A stretch of DNA of 64,000 nucleotides from a virus, in IMG/VR virus record IMGVR_UViG_3300006916_000041, positions 64,001 to 128,000 of that record; one strand, given 5' to 3'. This document shows, piece after piece, positions 58,093 through 64,000 of the stretch (position 1 is its first letter; each line of letters starts with the position of its first letter). Both the position numbers and the translations under genes were made by a program. The notes below the pieces were generated by a model. The model was not told the DNA's origin, did not search any database, and worked only from the letters and a program-made list of their open reading frames with translations.

Positions 58093-58653
58093 ATGAAAAA
58101 ATCTTTACTGTTTAGTGGCGGTGTCGAAAGTACTTTACTATACTACGAATTACTAAAAAATGCAAGTGAAAACAATAGTCTAAATATATTTATTCTTGAC
58201 AGAGACAATAAGCCAATACAAAAAGCATTATCAGTTTACAACCTTATTAAAGATTCATTTGATGATACCGCAAGTACGTGTAATATTTTAGAAGTGCCTG
58301 AGGGACTTAATAATACAAAACGAATGATGTGGGCAGTAAACGAACTAAGTACGTTATCGGATGAAATTTATTGGGGTATAAATGCATACTTTGATCACAT
58401 AAAACCCAATCAGCAAATTTTTAAAAATGTTGATGAAAAAATAAAAAGATATCCGCAACTTCGATTTCCTTATCTTAATTACACAAAAGATAAAATAATA
58501 GAAAAGTATATTAAATATAACATAGAATGGATACTTGAACATACGCATAGTTGTGGTTTACCCGAAAACCAACCGTGTGGTAATTGTTTTAACTGCCGAG
58601 AACGTGAATATGCTTATCAATTACAAGGTCTAGATTTACATAGAGGAATATAA
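58093..58653 (+). CDS. QueC-like PP-loop ATPase
   Basis: FSGGVES, PY...TK, THSC...PCGNCFNCRER. Confidence 0.75.
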   Translation: MKKSLLFSGGVESTLLYYELLKNASENNSLNIFILDRDNKPIQKALSVYNLIKDSFDDTASTCNILEVPEGLNNTKRMMWAVNELSTLSDEIYWGINAYFDHIKPNQQIFKNVDEKIKRYPQLRFPYLNYTKDKIIEKYIKYNIEWILEHTHSCGLPENQPCGNCFNCREREYAYQLQGLDLHRGI

Positions 58654-59183
58654 TGCTAGTACAAAATATAGGAAAATATCCAAGATATAACGAACTAAAA
58701 ACTTTTGTTATGGACTTTTATAACGAGTATGATTTACACAATAGTGGACAATATGCTCTTCAAGGAAAAGATAAACACGACGGGCAATTCTGTTGTTTAC
58801 GTCAAAAGTTCGGCGGAACGTTCACAGGACATGATGATCGTACACACAGCACCCTACTAGAAATATTCGAAGGTACTGAAATTGAAACGCTGTTTAACTG
58901 GTTAAGTGATTATACTGTTTGCAGAAGTCGGATATTTGTACTAGGACAAGGAAATAAAAGTGAGTACGGTATCCACACAGATCCAACAAAAAGATTACAT
59001 GTACCTATCGTAACCAATGAAAGCTGTGGATTTAATTTTTATGATGAGAATAAAAGTTTAGTTCATACTGATTTTTTATCAGCAGACGGAAGTGTGTATA
59101 TTGTAGATACTACTGTGTTTCATAATACACAGAATACCAACAACGAAGATCGTATTCATGTTGTGTGTAGTTACTATGATTAA
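58653..59183 (+). CDS. aspartyl/asparaginyl beta-hydroxylase-like 2OG oxygenase
   Basis: RSRI, HTD...RLHVPIVTN, DTT..HN..N....DRIHVV. Confidence 0.78.
   Translation: MLVQNIGKYPRYNELKTFVMDFYNEYDLHNSGQYALQGKDKHDGQFCCLRQKFGGTFTGHDDRTHSTLLEIFEGTEIETLFNWLSDYTVCRSRIFVLGQGNKSEYGIHTDPTKRLHVPIVTNESCGFNFYDENKSLVHTDFLSADGSVYIVDTTVFHNTQNTNNEDRIHVVCSYYD
59161..59183 (+). repeat. 23-bp direct repeat, copy 1 (copy 2 at 60138-60160)
   Basis: TTGTGTG[T/C]AGTTACTATGATTAA, 1 mismatch. Confidence 0.85.
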
Positions 59184-60130
59184 GGCTTAATTTTTTTAGT
59201 TGCTATTTCAGGTACACAAGCACATTTGTTAGCAATACACGGAGCAGGGTTATCCATTAGTGCAAAGTCTGGATCTCTGATATCACCAATTGGTTTATTA
59301 ATTTCTCCCCAACAACGATATACTTTGTTTTCATGAATACGTATAAAATTAACGCCTGCCCAACATGTCCAGCCTTTAAAACTTAAATAAGGATTTGCTT
59401 TTGGAGCAAGTCCGTTAAGTTCATTTGCATGTAGTGCAATTGTTTTATCACCTGCAGTAACTTCTAACTGTTTACCGCCGCCAGAAGATATCTGATATTC
59501 TCTAATAGTGTCAAGCTGATCAGATGAATACTTCATTGCTGTTTGAACAGGGTATTTGTGATTTTTTGTTGGTCGTATTCTGCGGATTGTATATGGTATA
59601 TTATTTGCTTTGTAATACTCTATTGATTCGATAACACTGTCTTCGTGTTGTGCATGATACATAACTTGTACTTGCATACCTTTTTTGCCACGATGTTCAT
59701 TTATAAATTTCATTTTAGGCAAAAATATTTCGTTTTTTGCATGTTCAAAATGTTGACTAAATGTTATATCGCTAAACGACGGATAGATGTCAATGTAATA
59801 TTGTGCTGTTCTGGAACCATTGGTAGTTAGATCAACAGGCAAATTTTTATCTGACAGAAACTTGCAAAGTATTTCAAACTCAGGATGTACTGTAGGTTCA
59901 CCACCTGTAAAGTTTATTTTTAATTTATTACCAAACTTTTCAATCATCTTACTGATAGTATCAATGGTATACTTGATATCAGTGTGCGGACTAAAGTTGT
60001 CATGATTCATGTCATGACAATAACTGCAATCATAATTACACCTTTTACCAACAAACCATTCAACATGCAACTCTTGATTACACACGTCAGGAAATCTTTT
60101 TACTTGCGTTATTTCTTCTAACTTTATCAT
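59180..60130 (-). CDS. radical SAM protein with C-terminal Cys-rich (SPASM/twitch-like) domain
   Basis: CNYDCSYC, TGGEPT, TTNGS, CWAG...RC...CIANKCAC. Confidence 0.88.
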   Translation of the reverse strand: MIKLEEITQVKRFPDVCNQELHVEWFVGKRCNYDCSYCHDMNHDNFSPHTDIKYTIDTISKMIEKFGNKLKINFTGGEPTVHPEFEILCKFLSDKNLPVDLTTNGSRTAQYYIDIYPSFSDITFSQHFEHAKNEIFLPKMKFINEHRGKKGMQVQVMYHAQHEDSVIESIEYYKANNIPYTIRRIRPTKNHKYPVQTAMKYSSDQLDTIREYQISSGGGKQLEVTAGDKTIALHANELNGLAPKANPYLSFKGWTCWAGVNFIRIHENKVYRCWGEINKPIGDIRDPDFALMDNPAPCIANKCACVPEIATKKIKP

Positions 60131-60137
60131 TGAATTA

Positions 60138-60160
60138 TTGTGTGCAGTTACTATGATTAA
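60138..60160 (+). repeat. 23-bp direct repeat, copy 2
   Basis: matches 59161-59183. Confidence 0.85.
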
Positions 60161-60795
60161 ACTCTAACTACTTTTAAAGGAACTTTTTTATGAGCTTCTA
60201 CTTTTTCTCCTGTGAAGTGCTCTTCTCTGCGGTTTCTTGTATCATCTTTGATTCCGATACCCATCATTAAAATAGCATCTTCATCGTCTTGTAAATTTAA
60301 AATTTCCTTAACAGCTTCACCGTCAAAACATTTATTACATCCACAACGATAACCTAGCATACTTGCTGTGAGATTTGAAAATCCTGCAGCCACCCCAATT
60401 GCTTGATGCATGTCCACATGTAAATTATAAAGACTTTCTTCATCCCATGCTCTAGTTTCATTGTTTCTGTAACTTTGATTTGTACTTACTACATCTGGAT
60501 TTTTAACAAATACCAATAGTAATTGACCTAGTACCTGCGGATTAAACCTTCCCTTTACAGTCTTAGTAGTTTGATAAATTCTTTCAATTGTAGATCTATC
60601 TTGTACAGCATATACACTAAAAAAGTCTAGATTTTGTTTACTGGGTGCTTGTGTTGCTGCATGAATTAATAGTTCTACATCAGCCTCTGGCATTGTTTGT
60701 TCTAAATCATAATTACGCTGACAGTGTTGTCCAACCAAGTGACTTTTTTTTAGTTTAGTCCTTAAACTATCTTTTTGGATTATAAGTTCTGTCAT
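60157..60795 (-). CDS. nitroreductase-family flavoprotein
   Basis: QRNY, APSKQN, AIGVAAG...ASMLGY, MMGIG. Confidence 0.8.
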   Translation of the reverse strand: MTELIIQKDSLRTKLKKSHLVGQHCQRNYDLEQTMPEADVELLIHAATQAPSKQNLDFFSVYAVQDRSTIERIYQTTKTVKGRFNPQVLGQLLLVFVKNPDVVSTNQSYRNNETRAWDEESLYNLHVDMHQAIGVAAGFSNLTASMLGYRCGCNKCFDGEAVKEILNLQDDEDAILMMGIGIKDDTRNRREEHFTGEKVEAHKKVPLKVVRV

Positions 60796-60831
60796 ATTCT
60801 CTCTCACGTTTTATGTTAATATTTATATATT

Positions 60832-61953
60832 TTATTTTTTTCTCTTGGGTATCTTACTATCAGCACTTGACACACATGCAGGTGTTGTGCAAATACGAGG
60901 TCCATCAAATAATTTAAATCCTGTTTCAATATTACCTAGTGGAACATCATGACAACTGTAGCTACGCTTGATACTACCATCAGGTTCGCGTATAATAATT
61001 CCCTGAAACCCACTGTTGCACATCCAACCTTCAAAGTTATTAAAGTTAAAAGCATTAAAACGTTCTGCCTGATCCATGTACCATTTTTTGCCATCACTGT
61101 CAGTGAACTCTACTTGCATGTGCCAGGGCACACTTTTATCGTTTTCACCTATTGCATAAGGCGGCAGTTCGAAACTAGGCCTTGGACGAGCTGCCCATTT
61201 ACGCTTTGACTCTGTATATGCCATTTGCGGCATACCGTTCCACAATCGCTGTAGCATTTCTTGTGTATAACCGTCCACGACTCTTGACGCCGTGGGGTCA
61301 GATTGGGGTTTGAGGGTAACGTTGATTCCTTGCTCGTGGAAGAAAAGAGCATTTTCCCAATCTCTTTCAAACCAGTCTGGAACCATGACCATGTTGATTG
61401 TAATTTGTACATCGTGTTCTTGACAGAGAATCAACTTGTCTGCAAAGTCTTGCATTTTCTCTCGTGTATTTAAGTGTTCTGTGTGCAAACTAGCCGTTAT
61501 ACTTGCTCTATGAAATGGTTTTGCACATTCTACATAATTTTCAAACCACTTCATGTTGCGGCTACAGTTTGATGTCATATGAATACTAGTATAATTAGTG
61601 TTAGGAACATCACTGGCAAGATGCTCCAAAATATCCAAGTAACCAGGGTGGAAAGTAGGTTCTCCGCCACTGAGACTAAAGTGGAAACTATTAAATCCGT
61701 TCTCACGAGCTTGCCTCTTTATTTCGTCTACTGTTTTGAGACATAGTTCTGTAGGTCTATGATCTTTTCTGTCGCTTCTTGCGTAGGGCCAGCAATAACT
61801 ACATTTGTAGTTGCAGAAGCGTCCCAGTAGCCAACTGACAGTAAACAAGTCTCTATATAAGAGTGTCCGTTGTCCAACTTGAACAATGTCATCATACGGG
61901 ATTTTGGTAAAGTCATATTCACTCCATTTTAGATCTTCACTGGATTGTGCCAT
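60832..61953 (-). CDS. radical SAM protein with C-terminal Cys-rich domain
   Basis: CNYKCSYC, SGGEPT, CNSG...SC...CTTPACVSSAD. Confidence 0.88.
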   Translation of the reverse strand: MAQSSEDLKWSEYDFTKIPYDDIVQVGQRTLLYRDLFTVSWLLGRFCNYKCSYCWPYARSDRKDHRPTELCLKTVDEIKRQARENGFNSFHFSLSGGEPTFHPGYLDILEHLASDVPNTNYTSIHMTSNCSRNMKWFENYVECAKPFHRASITASLHTEHLNTREKMQDFADKLILCQEHDVQITINMVMVPDWFERDWENALFFHEQGINVTLKPQSDPTASRVVDGYTQEMLQRLWNGMPQMAYTESKRKWAARPRPSFELPPYAIGENDKSVPWHMQVEFTDSDGKKWYMDQAERFNAFNFNNFEGWMCNSGFQGIIIREPDGSIKRSYSCHDVPLGNIETGFKLFDGPRICTTPACVSSADSKIPKRKK

Positions 61954-62092
61954 CTAATCTCATCTCCAAGTATTTAATTACCTGTTCTAACATTGTTTTC
62001 ATTTCAGGATCCAGTGTCTCTTCATACATGTTACGACACTCTTCTAGTTCTAGTTCGAATAGTTTTTCAACACTCCAAACTTTATATTCCAT
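61937..62092 (-). CDS. small acidic helical protein
   Basis: MEYKVWSVEKLFELELEE...; coupled. Confidence 0.5.
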   Translation of the reverse strand: MEYKVWSVEKLFELELEECRNMYEETLDPEMKTMLEQVIKYLEMRLDGTIQ

Positions 62093-62639
62093 TGTACACT
62101 TCCAAAAACTCATCAGCACCATCAGCTACATTTTTAGCCCATTCATCAGCAGCATTTTCATCTGCCATGTCACTGATATATTTCCAACTTCTAAATGGTA
62201 TACCATATTGTTTTGCAACATATGCCAGTGCCCATCCTTCCATGTCTACACAGTCTATATCAGCTCTAACAAACCACGGATCTGGCTCCGTTACAAAACT
62301 GTCACCCGTACCACAGCGTACTTGCATAGTAGGTGCTGCTGTTTTTATATCTCCCACAGTGGGTTCACTGAACGGAATAGTACCTCTAGGTGCCTGAGGT
62401 TCAGCTTGCATGTCACGCTGTACAAAGGTTCCTATTTCAGTCATTCCTTTTACCAGTGGATGAAGTCCTCCTGCTGTACCATAGTTTACAATCAAGTCTG
62501 GCTTGGTACTTTTACATAGTGCTTGTGCTAGTGCAGTTGCAGCTTGAACTTTGCCCACACCTGTATAAATCACAGGACTAGCATGTGGTAATTTATTGTG
62601 CGGTAATTCCGCTTCCAGTGCTACACATAGTAATATCAT
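62082..62639 (-). CDS. MTA/SAH nucleosidase-like (PNP/UDP family)
   Basis: ALEAE, GVGKVQA, NYGTAGG, GTGDSF, DMEG, ISDMAD. Confidence 0.85.
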   Translation of the reverse strand: MILLCVALEAELPHNKLPHASPVIYTGVGKVQAATALAQALCKSTKPDLIVNYGTAGGLHPLVKGMTEIGTFVQRDMQAEPQAPRGTIPFSEPTVGDIKTAAPTMQVRCGTGDSFVTEPDPWFVRADIDCVDMEGWALAYVAKQYGIPFRSWKYISDMADENAADEWAKNVADGADEFLEVYNGI

Positions 62640-63205
62640 AGTTCATCCCTATACCACATAGAATCCTGCATGGGATCTATGCTTATTTCGTTTATATTAA
62701 CATACTTTGGTTGATCTATCAACCACTTTATATAACCAGCAGCTTGATCTATATCCATGCAACGACGATCAGGATGCTTGTGCTGATTGTTGCTGAGTGT
62801 TCCAAAACTAATATAACTTATTTTTGGTTTGTTGCCCCACACACCACCAATAGCAAGTGTATTTGAATAATCACGCAGTGCTTTCTTTTCTGCATTGTAA
62901 AGCCATGCTTTGCCGTTCTTGACTCTGTCCGTGGTGCTACCTACAACTACTATATGTGCTTGTTTTTTGGCGTCTACAAGTGCCTTGTATACTGCATCTA
63001 GTAGCACAGTTTGTTGAAACTGCCATAGTGCAGCATTGACTATGATTACGTCACACAGAACAGCTAATTGTGCAAACTCTTGTCTACCTTGCTTGTTAGT
63101 GAGTTCATATTCATTTCGACGGCTACAAAATGTTGCATCTGGATACATTTTATGCAATGCTTGCGCTAGTCCAAAGTTTGGATTTCCGCTTATTAATATT
63201 TTCAT
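62636..63205 (-). CDS. short-chain dehydrogenase/reductase
   Basis: ILISG...GLA, VNAA, GS, YNAEK. Confidence 0.8.
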   Translation of the reverse strand: MKILISGNPNFGLAQALHKMYPDATFCSRRNEYELTNKQGRQEFAQLAVLCDVIIVNAALWQFQQTVLLDAVYKALVDAKKQAHIVVVGSTTDRVKNGKAWLYNAEKKALRDYSNTLAIGGVWGNKPKISYISFGTLSNNQHKHPDRRCMDIDQAAGYIKWLIDQPKYVNINEISIDPMQDSMWYRDEL

Positions 63206-63250
63206 AATGATATTTATTTTTTAATAAATACACATAGAAGGAGAACAAAA

Positions 63251-63895
63251 ATGTTTTTAACAGATGACGCAAACACCCATATTAAAAAAGCTGTAATTCG
63301 TAGCCAACATGTTCAAAGAAATTGGGATCTTGAAAAGGAGATGCCACAAGACGATGTTGATCTTCTGGTACATGCGGCAACTAATTGCCCAAGTAAGCAA
63401 AACTTTAGATTTTATGATTTGCATGTTATTCAAGATAGAGATACAATTGAAAGAATTTATTCTCACACCAAAGGCTTAGGAATAACTAATCCCGAAACAG
63501 GCAAAGCAGAGTTCACAACCAATAGTCAAGTATTAGCTCATACTCTATTTGTATTTACAGACACTGTCAGATCTGAAAGATACGTTCAAAAATGGAAAGA
63601 AGATGATTTTGCGATGGACTTTAACTGGAAACGTGATCAAGACATGGCTGTAGGAATTGCAGCTGGTTATATCAATGTAATCGCAAGTCAATTAGGTTAC
63701 GGTACAGGTTGTTGTGCATGTTTCGAGTCTGACAAAGTTGTTGAAGAATTAGGTTTAAGTTCTAGCGAAACTCATGTTATACTTATGATGGGTGTAGGAA
63801 TTAAAGGCAGCGATAAAAATCGTAGAATTCACCAAGAAACTGGTGTAATGATGCCAACACACACCAAAGAACCTATTAATGTAACTTACATATAG
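63251..63895 (+). CDS. nitroreductase-family flavoprotein, paralog of 60157
   Basis: QRNW, CPSKQN, AVGIAAG...ASQLGY, MMGVG. Confidence 0.8.
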   Translation: MFLTDDANTHIKKAVIRSQHVQRNWDLEKEMPQDDVDLLVHAATNCPSKQNFRFYDLHVIQDRDTIERIYSHTKGLGITNPETGKAEFTTNSQVLAHTLFVFTDTVRSERYVQKWKEDDFAMDFNWKRDQDMAVGIAAGYINVIASQLGYGTGCCACFESDKVVEELGLSSSETHVILMMGVGIKGSDKNRRIHQETGVMMPTHTKEPINVTYI

Positions 63896-63923
63896 AAAGT
63901 TACTCAACAACATAATTATATAC

Positions 63924-63946
63924 ATCTGGCTCTATCAGGGCCAGAT
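63924..63946. terminator. hairpin/terminator
   Basis: ATCTGGCTCT-atc-AGGGCCAGAT followed by T-rich tail. Confidence 0.55.
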
Positions 63947-64000
63947 CTACTTTTCTTACTTTTTTGTAATAATCTACGTATTCTTTTAGTAAGTATTTTT

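Noticed and set aside
1-64000. Many short antisense or alternate-frame ORFs in the track (e.g. 14719-15219, 20982-21440, 21160-21720, 27032-27613, 61947-62519)
   Set aside because: They lie within well-supported genes, lack SDs and motifs, and look like shadow ORFs.
1-64000. tRNA, rRNA, CRISPR array, integrase/transposase, stop-codon recoding
   Set aside because: None recognised by eye; known genes are full length under the standard code. tRNAscan was not run.

Overview
This is a 64-kb slice of a large, AT-rich lytic dsDNA phage, most likely a T4-related jumbo myovirus. Evidence: PolB, sliding clamp, T4-type RNase H, thyA/DHFR/tk, a GH19 endolysin, MoxR/vWA, and recurrent TAAATA late promoters plus sigma70-like TTGACA promoters. 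An aquatic alphaproteobacterial host is plausible but inferred. Layout: (i) 1-5.8 kb, end of ClpA/B, small late proteins and UvsE. (ii) 5.9-16.5 kb, proteins sharing an N-terminal M-[KR]-[ILV]-x-[EQD] leader and internal hydrophobic-x-E sites, read here as capsid-packaged, protease-processed polyproteins; one is an ADP-ribosyltransferase. (iii) 17-19.5 kb, lysis and membrane genes. (iv) 19.5-41 kb, replication genes followed by a 7-deazaguanine cluster (TGT/DpdA-like, QueD-like, FolE, QueE) interleaved with sugar/polyol enzymes, purine uptake/salvage genes and MetK. (v) 41-52.4 kb, RNase H, MoxR/vWA, DHFR, thyA. (vi) 52.4-64 kb, a variable island of tailoring enzymes under late promoters. The best candidate new system is a glycosylated 7-deazaguanine DNA hypermodification pathway; second is the capsid-targeted polyprotein cargo system. 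All calls come from motif recognition by eye; no database search or folding program was run. No tRNA, rRNA, CRISPR array or integrase was seen.
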